Below, in pieces: positions 26,345-37,366 of a stretch of 64,000 bases of DNA. A program made the position numbers and the translations under genes. Numbering within the stretch: the stretch's first letter is position 1; each line of letters begins with the position of its first letter. The notes below the pieces were generated by a model. It did not search any database. It had not been told where the DNA came from and was given only the letters and a program-made list of their open reading frames with translations. The stretch covers positions 1,488,001-1,552,000 of the forward strand of contig CM106586.1 in NCBI GenBank assembly GCA_048013815.1. The letters are read 5' to 3'. This DNA comes from Setoptus koraiensis (lineage: Eukaryota; Animalia; Arthropoda).

Positions 26345-26699
26345 TCGCCAGTAACGTACAGAGATTTACGTAAAGGATTTCATAAGAGAGAGCACAAGCT
26401 TCAAACGAGTCACTGTGTCTGGTTTGAAGCATCCTCTCCAATCCACAGAAATGTTCAACAGCTCTCATTGCTCTGGCAAAGTGATTGTTAGTTGAGGGGA
26501 GCAGCAAACAACATGATCACTTATCACACGAGCCAACAGGAGACTTTTATGCAGATTAATTTCATCTACTTTGCACATAAGCAACTACCACTGTTGCAAC
26601 AAGCTGCACTAAAGTGAACAAGTGCTCTATGGAATGCGACAGCAAACAGTTGCAACAACAACAAAGAGCAGCAGTGACAACAAGTTCTTACGCAACTAA
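26345..26699 (+). repeat. Dispersed repeat, copy 2 (partner at 2002-2340)
   Basis: Same blocks as copy 1, with an extra insertion of about 18 nt (gcaaagtgattgttagtt). Confidence 0.9.
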
Positions 26700-27446
26700 C
26701 TTTTTTCTTGGAAGGGCAGTTCCTGCGGCCAGAGCTAATTAGGTGGCCAAGCTGGCGAGAATGAGTTGTGGCGAAGAGAATGAGAGGGCCTCATAACGGC
26801 GCCAATGGAAATACCAGCGGCAATCCTAATTTCTGCAAGCGTCGGCAGCAACAACAGCGGACAGACGCTGCGATTGGTGCGAACAAGTTTGGAGGATGGA
26901 TACCTCCTGATAATAAAAGTTGATTGATTGGAAGATCCAATGGAAGAATTGAGTAGGAGATATTGTATTAGGAATCTCTACAACAATTGTAACGACAACT
27001 ATAGATTTAGTATTGATATTTGAGCAATAAACTGCAAGCTTACTCCTTCAGATGGATTAATAGACCAAACTCACGGATGTTGGGTCCTACTCACAGATAA
27101 CTCGAGATACTCTACCTTTGTGCACTGTATAAAGTCTACGTGTGCTCCTCGATGGGAGACTCCCAATGACCGGCTCCATTGGGGAGTGCGTCCCGCAGCG
27201 TGCGTAAAAAAACTTGAAATTGGCGCCGCGCTGCGCAGTAGGTATTTAATTTGTCGGCACATAGCATAACTTCCGTCGTAATGTGCGTTTACATTAGCCA
27301 TTCGAATTTCAATTCACATGTGCTAAGACAAATTCAATTTTTGTTCAATATATTTCATGTCAGCAATAACAATTAATCAGCGAGGATAACTCTACTACCT
27401 GTCAGCCTATTGCCTATTGATAATAATATTCGATAATTATACCAAC

Positions 27447-27842
27447 ATGAGGATTTTCATTGAACACGAGGGAGTGCACCCAATTGAGGTAGAACCAGAA
27501 TGGTCTGTTGCCGATTTGAAAAAACATTTTGAACTAGTTCCAGCCGAAGAGCAATTGCTATTCTGTCGTGGACGCCCATTAGAGGACCAAGATCTTATTG
27601 GAGATGTAGCCGAACAAGATGATACAATTGATCTTAACGTGAGACTGCTCGGAGGTAAAGTCCACGGTTCGTTGGCTGGTGCCGGTAAAGTTAAAGGACA
27701 AACGCCCAAGGTAGAGAAACAAGAGAAACGCAAGAAGAAAACTGGAAGAGCAAAGAGGCGAATGCAGTACAACCGTAGATTCGTCAACACGGTAGCATCA
27801 TTCGGAGGTCGCAGAAGAGGTCCAAACACAAACATGAAATAA
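27447..27842 (+). CDS. FAU: FAU: ubiquitin-like FUBI fused to 40S ribosomal protein S30 (eS30); intronless CDS
   Basis: Ubiquitin-like domain ending RLLGG followed by [42 protein letters not shown]. The first ATG is at 27447. Confidence 0.97.
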   Translation: MRIFIEHEGVHPIEVEPEWSVADLKKHFELVPAEEQLLFCRGRPLEDQDLIGDVAEQDDTIDLNVRLLGGKVHGSLAGAGKVKGQTPKVEKQEKRKKKTGRAKRRMQYNRRFVNTVASFGGRRRGPNTNMK

Positions 27843-27960
27843 GCATGTCGATATAAATATTAAACTCCCATATAATAGTAATAAGCAACTGCTTCATTCA
27901 CTTCGTCTTTCATTCCAGTTGGATTCTTGTATTTTACTTTATTGAATCACATAATCATCT

Positions 27961-29259
27961 TCATTCCATCAACATACTTCGCCCAGAAAGCCAGCGCGAG
28001 CAATCTCTGCGTTTCCTCACAAATTTCTCGTGATAGACGTTGTACCAGTCGTACATTGACAAGAATGACATGATCAAACAGGTTATTAATATTATACTGG
28101 ACGATGATTTTAGGCACCGGCCAACCTCGTGTTGATCCATAGTCAAACAAATGGCGAAAATCGCTATCTTTACACTGATAATCTTTCTGATTATAACCAA
28201 TCTCTCGAATATCTTGAATACTCGTGCTTCATCATACACTCTCTGCTTCAGTGTGCTTACAAGTTGGCGTGTCCAAAGATTCCAACTCATTGATGATGCG
28301 ATATGGCGTTGTGGCTGAATATCTTTAGTCCCTAGATTGCTGTGGATACCACCAATGTTTGGCTTGTACAGAGTGGCATATATAACAAATTGCACGACGT
28401 GGAACTCGATGATCAATATGTCCCCAATGTAGAAGTTGTCCATGTGACCCAATGCTATAAGTGTTATATAGAGCAGTTTGAACAATAATTTCGGCCTCAT
28501 TACAGCAAGAATGATGAAGACGATTGATCTGCCAATTGACAGGCAGCTGTGAGATACTTGATAGTTGGTTCTAACACTCATCAAACTTCGAACGATTCGG
28601 TGGAAAGTATCAGCGATCTGCATGGAAATAATCAACAACCCAATATAGGAGCTACCTAATCGTCCTATCGTAGTTGATTCGTTTATTCTTGATTGTTCGT
28701 TGAAAGTTGATCTGCCATTGTTTGATATTCGGATCAATTGATTAACAATTATTAAGATGTAGCCCAGAATCATTGCCTTGGTTATAAGATCAAACTTTCC
28801 TGAATGCTTGTCATACCAACGTGCTCTTCCTATCATGTCGGTGTGAATCATGCTTAAATATGAATCACTCGGATTGTATTCTTCGAGGGCGGAAGATTGA
28901 TGTGCACCTTCATTCAATGTGTTGTACGTTGATTTGACCAGTCTTTCAACCGATAAAACTGTTCTATAAGTGGCACTAACCAGATAAGAGTGTCTTCCAT
29001 TTCGAAGATTATCCTTCAGAGCTGCCAATATCTTGACCTCCAAAGATTGAACTGATCTCAGACCCAGTGAACTTCTAGGGTTGTCGAGGGTGGTTTGAGC
29101 GAAACCATCAGAATACAGATATCTGTTGTGTACTTGATCATTGGATGGATGTGAAATTGAATGAGGTGTTGGGAGGTTGATATTGTGATCTAGGTTTAAA
29201 CTTCCATTACCTAGATGGTTCAAGGCATGAAAATTCTTTGGCTGAGTGTACTTGCACAT
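27961..29259 (-). CDS. Hypothetical multi-pass membrane protein, 432 aa
   Basis: Long ATG-initiated ORF with a soluble N-terminus of about 155 aa and roughly six hydrophobic segments. No family recognised. Confidence 0.7.
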   Translation of the reverse strand: MCKYTQPKNFHALNHLGNGSLNLDHNINLPTPHSISHPSNDQVHNRYLYSDGFAQTTLDNPRSSLGLRSVQSLEVKILAALKDNLRNGRHSYLVSATYRTVLSVERLVKSTYNTLNEGAHQSSALEEYNPSDSYLSMIHTDMIGRARWYDKHSGKFDLITKAMILGYILIIVNQLIRISNNGRSTFNEQSRINESTTIGRLGSSYIGLLIISMQIADTFHRIVRSLMSVRTNYQVSHSCLSIGRSIVFIILAVMRPKLLFKLLYITLIALGHMDNFYIGDILIIEFHVVQFVIYATLYKPNIGGIHSNLGTKDIQPQRHIASSMSWNLWTRQLVSTLKQRVYDEARVFKIFERLVIIRKIISVKIAIFAICLTMDQHEVGRCLKSSSSIILITCLIMSFLSMYDWYNVYHEKFVRKRRDCSRWLSGRSMLME

Positions 29260-31251
29260 GCTTTGGCTTGAAGATCTGAGTGGCCGAATTAGGTTTGACT
29301 TGCAAATGAGAAAGTATTGAAAAGTAAAAGTTTAAATGTCTTATACATAATCACTTGATAAAAAAAAAACGAAGTCTGATCACATTATATTTCAGTGGCG
29401 ACTGCCAATCAAAAACTTATTTGTGTGAGATCCTCTATATCTGATGTATTTAGTATTTGGATAAAATAGTTGTCATATTGTGTATAGGACGTATAGTACA
29501 CGCTACATGCTCTTCTCTTGAGGAAGTCGAGAATTCAATGTCGCCGTTTCCGAGTTAAATATTGCGAAGCCTTTAATCTCCTTGCAGTACTTACAGAAGT
29601 ATGCAACCAAAAAACAACTCCATTCAATAGCTATTTTCAATCTGTTGTTATCCAAAAAATTTACAACACATCCATCCATATCAAATATGATGGATCCTAT
29701 CAATAGCTATTAGATTGAATGAAAACTTCATTCAATACCTCAACAACAAACGATGATGACGCATTCAGATGTGTCAATTTTTTAGAGATTTACGTCGATA
29801 AATAAGATGATGATCGCGACTTTGTATGTTCAAGCTTCTTTCTCACCAAAATTGAATACCGTCGAAAAATTGTCAATGTTCAAGAGAACGCTAACGCTTT
29901 GTTGTGTCGTTGACTCTGTTGCGTGGATGATATTGCGCTCATCTTTGAGGAATAAACATTTATTGATCAAGTGACAACAATATCCTCTTTGATGTAACAG
30001 TCCCGACTGATATTGCTCCTTTACATTCAACCAAGCGAGTTCTCAAGCATAAAGAATGAGCAGAAAACTATGTACGATATTAGCTTCACGAAAATAGATT
30101 CAACGGTCAGTTCTGTTTTTCATGTCAGAATTCCTGTGAGATTAATCAACCTTTGTAGTGAACCAGAAATGGACATGACAACTATCCGGAATTGAAGCTA
30201 ACTAACTAATGGCAACTAAACTGTCACAGATCTCTATCACGAGAACAGCAACAGGTTGAGAATGACTTTATTCCATGGTTCTCCTCTTTCTCATTCTATT
30301 TTAAAGGTCAACAACCGTTCGCTGAGATGTCTCGGCAAAATGATTGTCAAAAGACTAGCAGTAAACAGAATAAACAAACCATTTTATGCAGTGACTGTTG
30401 CAATAACGACTTCCTCCCTACTGATCTAGATGCAACCAATTCCAGTTTGTAGTTACAATCCATCTAGGATATGACCAAGAATAACATGATAAGATGTTTT
30501 TCTTGCGGAAGTTTTCTAGTTTGCAGTACCATCCAACTATAGTTGCTCATCAGAAAAAATTGGCTGGTGATAGTATTTGAATCTTGAATCGAGCGAAAAA
30601 TATACTCTCACTCAAACCCAGTCGTATCTTATTGATGTTAATTTTACCTAAAGGTGAAGTAATTCAGTGTTGTACCATGGTACCATTAACAAAGTTGTCA
30701 ATGGCGATCATAAAAACAAAAGATGTTTGATTAACTTCTTTTCGATCAAGCAAATTCCTATAATGATAACTAGTAATGATTTTACATATTCAAAATTGGG
30801 GGAAACCGCATCAAGATCGTCAATAGTCTCACAAACATTGCTCATGCGTAATCTAAAACTTGTTTCCAAGTTACACAATCAACTATCGTGAAGTGTAATT
30901 GTTTAGACAATCATCAACAATATCTTGAAGAAAACAAACAACTTATGCTACGAACTAACAGATATGGAAAATCTTCGAACTGATGATAACAACCATGCTT
31001 GAATGGTTTGTACTTGAAGAGTTTTTATGGCAGTATTCTACACAATTGGATTATCAACTGATGATTGAATAATCAACGTAACTATCTTTAATGATGGTTG
31101 CCCATTGACTGTTTACGCAACGAAATTTTGTATTATTCTAAAGTTAACTGTTCCATCAAAAAGAATAGCTCAAATAAAAATTGAATCAAAAGAGATAAAT
31201 TTACATAAGGATTGCAAACGAACAGTTGTGAGTTCTGAGAATAAAAGAAAA

Positions 31252-32739
31252 ATGCATTCAAAGGGGAGGTGTTCGATCAATTCAACTAGGATATTAATCG
31301 TCGTTATGCTCACTTTCATAGTCATAACTACAATTTATTGTTTTGAAAATCAACGAAGTGACAAGAATGCACAACTATCATCTTCTTGGTGGAACAATTA
31401 TGTTTCGCCCATGATTAGATCAGTATTTGACTCCACGCCCGTACAAGCAAATAAAAGAAACTCTTTTGGATATCTGCACGGTCGAGATTCGACTAGGTTA
31501 CAGACCAACAAAGACAATAAACAAAAAGAAGCTGGCTCTAAAGCTAAAGAATGTCGACGAAGTCGCTATGACCGTCTAATAGAGCAAAAATGGAACACAA
31601 GCGATCTCAGTAAGCCAATATATCACGATGGCCTGTTTAACAATCCATGGGATACTTGGCAAGCACCAACGATGACGGATGCTGTAAAATTCTTGATGAC
31701 CGAACCTGATGACAGCCATATACCAGCACCCAAAGAAGAATTGGATATTAATTTACCAATTCTAAAGCCAAAACTCGAATCGCCACCACCAGGAGGTCAA
31801 TTTAGAGTTACCTGGATTGGTCACTCTACCCTGTTGGTACAAGTAGATGGTTACAATATACTAACTGATCCAGTATTTTCTAAGCGAGCTAGTCCGGTCC
31901 AATTTATGGGTCCGGCGAGATTTCGTGAGCCAGCAATAACAATAGCAGAATTACCCGACATAGACATGGTGGTTATATCGCATAATCACTATGATCATCT
32001 CGATGCAAATAGCTTAGAGGCTTTAAATGAGAGATTTGGCGCTCGTTGTCGATGGTTGGTACCTCGAGGTTTGGGCGAATTCATGCAGTCGTCTTCGATA
32101 ACAAATTATCAGGAGTTGGATTGGTGGCATAAGGATTGTTTGCCGGTTGAGTTAAATTCTACTAGATCAGACTCTATTACATCTACCTCTACCACTGCTA
32201 CTACTAGAGCAGTTAATAGAGAATCCATCGCTAGTTATAGTGAAGATGTCACAGATCAAGAGGAGACACAAAAGCGTCAACTTCAGATTTACATGACTCC
32301 GGCGCAGCATTGGTCCAGACGATCGGTTAATGATGTCTATAAATCGCTCTGGGGTAGTTATACTTTTATTAGTTCCACTAAACAAAAGTTCTTCTTCACT
32401 GGTGACACAGGATACTGTCCAGTTTTTAAGGAGATCTATAAGGTCTTTGGCCCTATGAACGGTGCTGCTATTCCGATTGGAGCATACAAACCTCGATGGT
32501 TCGCCAAAGCAATTCATGTTGATCCTAAGGATGCTCTTAGAATTCACCGTGATCTGAAAAGTTTTAAATCGATGGCAATACATTGGGGAACCTTCTCATT
32601 GTCTGCTGAACATTATATGGAACCAGCTAAACTTCTTCAAGAACTTATGGTTAATGCGACCGATTTGAATGATAGTCCTTTCGTTACGATCGAGCACGGG
32701 GCCTCTCTAACGTTTTGTCCGTCAAAAGAAGGCTGCTAA
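31252..32739 (+). CDS. NAPEPLD: N-acyl-phosphatidylethanolamine-hydrolysing phospholipase D (metallo-beta-lactamase fold); intronless
   Basis: TWIGHSTLLVQ, ILTDPVFSKRASPVQFMGPARFR, SHNHYDHLD (HxHxDH), PAQHWSRRS, FFFTGDTGYC, IPIGAYKPRW and AIHWGTF. The first ATG is at 31252; the ORF track starts at a TTG. Confidence 0.95.
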   Translation: MHSKGRCSINSTRILIVVMLTFIVITTIYCFENQRSDKNAQLSSSWWNNYVSPMIRSVFDSTPVQANKRNSFGYLHGRDSTRLQTNKDNKQKEAGSKAKECRRSRYDRLIEQKWNTSDLSKPIYHDGLFNNPWDTWQAPTMTDAVKFLMTEPDDSHIPAPKEELDINLPILKPKLESPPPGGQFRVTWIGHSTLLVQVDGYNILTDPVFSKRASPVQFMGPARFREPAITIAELPDIDMVVISHNHYDHLDANSLEALNERFGARCRWLVPRGLGEFMQSSSITNYQELDWWHKDCLPVELNSTRSDSITSTSTTATTRAVNRESIASYSEDVTDQEETQKRQLQIYMTPAQHWSRRSVNDVYKSLWGSYTFISSTKQKFFFTGDTGYCPVFKEIYKVFGPMNGAAIPIGAYKPRWFAKAIHVDPKDALRIHRDLKSFKSMAIHWGTFSLSAEHYMEPAKLLQELMVNATDLNDSPFVTIEHGASLTFCPSKEGC

Positions 32740-33298
32740 CTGATATTTTGTATGTGTGTGTGTGTTTGTGTGTCATCAACGATAAACGTGGACAGGTGTA
32801 ATTGAATAAAGACTATCGACAGCGGTCTGTGTCAATAAGAATTTTCATTGTCGGTGGTTAGCCAAATTGTTCTGAGAACGACCAACTGTCACAGATTTTG
32901 CGTGTGAGTTAGAATTCAAACAGAATGATAGAAGATTGCTCATTCTTATTACATTCTCTATCACGATTCTAGTTTTTCAACAATGTTTTCCAACAAACTG
33001 TTTTTTAGAAAGAATTTAAGATATCAAGTTTTTTTGCCGCCCTCCCCCTCTCTGGCGTCAGGACGTTCTTCTAGTAATGAATCAAGGAAAAACTGTGACG
33101 ACAACTGTTTGTTCTTTCCGATTGTAGTCCAGCACAAACAACATACACAAACATCAACACACTGAACAGGTGACCTTGTCCGACTAACTAGAAGCCGGTG
33201 TGCGGCTACATGAAGATCTACAATGAGCGGTGGTTGTTATTGTAGGATGGCTTCTAATTAGTTGAATACCTTGAATTTGGTTGTGCAAGGTCATTGAA

Positions 33299-33301
<3 letters not shown>

Positions 33302-33333
<32 letters not shown>
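33302..33333. repeat. (CT)n microsatellite
   Basis: Read directly from the sequence. Confidence 0.95.
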
Positions 33334-33337
<4 letters not shown>

Positions 33338-33620
33338 CCCCGTAGAACGTAGACACGTAAGGTATGTTTTCGTCGTCGTCCTACTGCCTTCATCAGCCTT
33401 GCCATGACCATTGTTGTCGCCAATCTGCAACAACAAAAACAACAACACTGACAGTGGAACGCACTCAAATACAGCAAAATTGACGTTTCTTATGGCCAGC
33501 ATCGGCATCATCCTATCATCGATACATCGTCATCAACGGTATTTCTTCGGAATAGCGGCTATCGAACAAATTACCAGCTGACAATTCAACAAATCTGAGA
33601 GAAACTGTTTAACAACTACA

Positions 33621-35212
33621 ATGAGTGGCCAAAATGGTATCAACGACTTTCTCAGCAACAAGTCCATTTTTGTCACAGGTGCCAGTGGATTTTTGGGCAA
33701 AGTGCTTTTAGAGAAATTGTTGTATGATTGTCCCAAATTGAATAAAATTTATATTCTTCTACGAACCAAAGGTACTACCCAGGCGAAACTTCGCCTCAAG
33801 GAACTACTAGAATCTCAGGTGTTTGATCGTGTACGGAAGAAAAATCCATTATTATTAGATAAGATACATGTCATCAGAGGAGATATCACCTTCGAGGATC
33901 TGGCGATATCTTCGTCCGATTTGGAATTACTTAAAAATGAGGTCACCATAATTATCCATTCAGCGGCCACAATAAGATTTGATGAGCCTCTCAAACGAGC
34001 CATACGTATTAACGTAACAGCAACTAAAAGAATACTAGATTTGGCTTACAAACTGAAAAAGATCGAGGCTTTTGTCCACGTATCTACAGCTTATTGCAAT
34101 CAAGTAAAAATCAACATCAAAGAACAGGTGTATAAAGAGTCGTTGACACCAAAAAAACTGATGCAATTGTCAGATGAGTTGTCAGATGAAATGATGGAAT
34201 CATTAACCCCACACCTCTTTGGCGATAGACCAAGCAGTTATCATTATACAAAAGCAATGGCCGAAAATTTGGTTGAAGAACACAGCCAGAAATTGCCCGT
34301 AGCTATAGTTAGACCGTCCATCATCACTGCGTCTTATAAAGACCCCTTTCCAGGCTGGGTGGATAATTATAACGGACCCTCGGGTTATTTAGTCACAGCT
34401 GGAAAGGGCATACTACGCACAATGCTTGTAGATGGACATAAAATTTGCGATATGATTCCTGTAGATGTAGTGGCTAATACTATTATTGCGGCCGCATGGC
34501 ATGTCGCAACTAATCATAGCTCTTTATTACTTATTAACTGCACATCGGGTCAAATCAATCCAATCACTTGGAATGAGATAAAACATCTATCACATCCATG
34601 GCTCATAAAATATCCTAGTATAGAAATGTTTCGATATCCGGGACCCATATTTGTTTCAAACAAGTTACTGCACAAAGTATTAGTAAGCTTCCATCACGAC
34701 TTACCGACTTATGTAATCGACTTACTATTCAAAACTCTCGGTCATCAACCAATGTAAGTAACTGTTTGAACTTTGAATGAAATCACATTGAAAAATGAAT
34801 GATTCTTACATCTTCTTGTTTCTGTTTCTGATATGGTCCACAAATATTTAGGCTTGGCCCAATTTACCAGAAGGTTCATAGAACGATGGCGGCACTAGAA
34901 TATTTCACCATCAACGAATGGATTTATAAAACAGAAAATTTCAAAACGCTCAATAGTAGTATGAACATCACTGATAGGGACATATATACAATAGACGTCA
35001 AACAGATAAATTGGCCTACATATATGGAAGCTTATGTTCTTGGCGTTCGAAAATACCTTCTCAAAGAGGATCCTAGTACTATAGATAAAGCTAAATTTAG
35101 GTTGGATTTACTCTATTATGCAACGCAAGCGGCTAAGGTTTCCGCTACGGGGGTCTCGGGTGCAGTATGTTATTATTTATTTAGAAAATTAAGGGCGTTA
35201 AGAAATCAATGA
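33621..35212 (+). CDS. FAR1: Fatty acyl-CoA reductase: join(33621-34753, 34852-35212), about 497 aa
   Basis: TGASGFLGK Rossmann motif, HSAATIRFDE, HVSTAY, YHYTKAMAE and a C-terminal Sterile domain. A 98-nt GTAAGT...TTTAG intron restores the frame (QPM/LGPIYQK). Confidence 0.95.
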
Positions 35213-35228
35213 ACCAAATAAATTTCCT

Positions 35229-35774
35229 CTAGAAAGACTCAATCAGTCTAGCAGCCAAATTTTTCATAGTGCCGTGAACTTTGCCGGGCGCTGCGCCAAG
35301 AATTAAGTTGCATATTGCTGTTCTTGCCGCTCTAATATTTTGGTAGGATCCTAGAATGTGAATATGGTGATCTGCGAGAACTATACGAGTTTTTGTGACG
35401 TTCTCTATTGTATACTTAGTGCGCCCATTCTTGCCGGCTATCCTACCAATGGCTCTGGAAAGATGTTCTCCTTTTAAGGGTTTTACGTCGGTAACTTGAA
35501 ATGATTCTAAAAATAGCTGATCGAGTCTGATCAAGGCGATGGCGTCATCAATTTCGAATCCTAAAATAAAAGCTTTAACAAAATCTACCGCCTTCTGAAG
35601 GACTGCGATATCCTCAGTTTTTGGAGAGGCTCTGATTTCTACTGTTTTAGCTCGACCATTGTATCTAATTTGCAATTTTAAGTTTTCCACTATTGGTGAG
35701 AAAATCTTCAACCAGTTGTGTTTCAAAGGTGTCAGCCTATTGTTGGGAACACGTATTTTGCGAACGCCCTCCAT
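35229..35774 (-). CDS. PNO1: RNA-binding protein PNO1/Dim2 (KH domains), about 181 aa from ATG at 35774
   Basis: [65 protein letters not shown] and [10 protein letters not shown]. The 5' end is uncertain. Confidence 0.93.
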   Translation of the reverse strand: MEGVRKIRVPNNRLTPLKHNWLKIFSPIVENLKLQIRYNGRAKTVEIRASPKTEDIAVLQKAVDFVKAFILGFEIDDAIALIRLDQLFLESFQVTDVKPLKGEHLSRAIGRIAGKNGRTKYTIENVTKTRIVLADHHIHILGSYQNIRAARTAICNLILGAAPGKVHGTMKNLAARLIESF

Positions 35775-36166
35775 GATGAAGGTGTGTTTCAATATCGAAT
35801 ATTATTACCTGTTGACAGTCGGATGGGTGGTATTCTAATTTATCACACTGGAAAGATGTCGATAGATGATTTATTTGAGGTCAGTAATTGATTTTATTTT
35901 CAATAAAGTAATAATACTGACCACTTAAATACCACTACAAATGCTTCCAACATGCATGTCATGCAACAAAAATGTGCTCGCTGAAAGCATTCTCACTATC
36001 AAACAGATGGCGAGTTGAGCGCAATATCCAAAATTTTTTCTTTTATCACGTGTTCTTCTAATGCGGCATGACATCGAAATAAAACATCTAAAGATTATTT
36101 TGTTGTCTATCACATCATTCGGAGCCCCCTTTTCTGATTCATCCATGTTGGAGGCCGCTTAACACA

Positions 36167-37366
36167 ATGGTTCGCCTAACAATTTCCAATTTAGTTCAGA
36201 TCAAAATAAAGAAAACATGTTACAATAAACGTGGACCTTATCACAATCACAGAGTTCCATTGGAATACAGGCATTTTCAGAAACGTATTGATCCGGCCGA
36301 AATAGTGCAACGATACTCGGAAAAGGAAGATGGCGCAATTGCGGGTAATCGAACCTTTTTGCAGACCCTACCAGATATGACAGCAGATGATATAAAAAAG
36401 AATAAAATATTCCAAGATGAATTGGACAGACAGCGATCTTATTTTGCTCGCTTAGAGAAAATAAAGATTGTTGTAGATTCTGAGCCTGGGAAAAACAAGG
36501 TTCTCATGATGAACAAAAATCTTTCAACACCATTAGACTGTGCTAGACACATAAATGAATTGCTTGTTTCACGGACGGCCGTAGCAGAGCTACTGCCCCT
36601 AGAAGAAGAAGAAGAAGCAGAAGCAGAAACAAAAGAAACTGATTCAAAAGTAAACAATAGATCTATTTTCTGGGATATGAATCGACCGTTAACCGGATCA
36701 CACAAAATAAGATTCAGACATTTTGTTGAGGATGATGTTGAGGAGGTGAACAAAGCCTATTGGAGATCATGCAGCTTCTTATTAGGTATAGCAATTCGTC
36801 GTGCCTTTAAAGATGGTGTAAAAGTTATGCTCCACTCCTGGCCTCGACCAGATATAAGAAGTGGCTCATTCGTCTATGATGTCGCTATGAATCTGGATAA
36901 AATATGGAAACCCACTGATCAGGAATTGAGGGCCTTCTCAAAATTGTTATGGGACATTTGCGAGGGCTGTCACAAATTTGAGCGATTGACCACAAGTCCC
37001 GACACTGCCATGTTGATGTTTCAAGATAACAATTTTAAATTACAACAAATTCAAGATATTTCTAAAAAGAATGAACAAAAGCACGGTTCTAAAAAGATAG
37101 ACCTCTACCGTTGTGCCGGTTATATTGATATAAGCGTTGGGCCGATGATAAGTCATACGGGTCTCGTGGGAAGGATCTCGCTGGCCTCAATACACCAATT
37201 AGATCATCATATAGGCGTGGGCGAGCCCGACGCTACAGGAATGTTCTATAGGTACCAAGGCGTATCGGTTCCCAGTGAATTACGGCTTAATTCGTTTGTA
37301 TATCAGAATATCATATTGAACAAAGCAAAAAAATTGAACCATATTCATGAGAATAGGGTTTACTAA
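36167..37366 (+). CDS. mRpL39: Mitochondrial ribosomal protein L39 (mL39; TGS + ThrRS-like domain); intronless
   Basis: MNKNLSTPLDCARHI, WDMNRPL, VNKAYWRSCSFLLG, SGSFVYDV and IDISVGPMI. Confidence 0.9.
   Translation: MVRLTISNLVQIKIKKTCYNKRGPYHNHRVPLEYRHFQKRIDPAEIVQRYSEKEDGAIAGNRTFLQTLPDMTADDIKKNKIFQDELDRQRSYFARLEKIKIVVDSEPGKNKVLMMNKNLSTPLDCARHINELLVSRTAVAELLPLEEEEEAEAETKETDSKVNNRSIFWDMNRPLTGSHKIRFRHFVEDDVEEVNKAYWRSCSFLLGIAIRRAFKDGVKVMLHSWPRPDIRSGSFVYDVAMNLDKIWKPTDQELRAFSKLLWDICEGCHKFERLTTSPDTAMLMFQDNNFKLQQIQDISKKNEQKHGSKKIDLYRCAGYIDISVGPMISHTGLVGRISLASIHQLDHHIGVGEPDATGMFYRYQGVSVPSELRLNSFVYQNIILNKAKKLNHIHENRVY

Noticed and set aside
27100-27215. Assignment of the hairpin to U3, U11, U12 or U6atac
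   Set aside because: Only 9-11-nt matches, in the wrong order or context; no Sm site or box motifs.
35925-36146. 73-aa ORF as PNO1 exon 1
   Set aside because: No convincing donor/acceptor pair in the right phase was found by eye.
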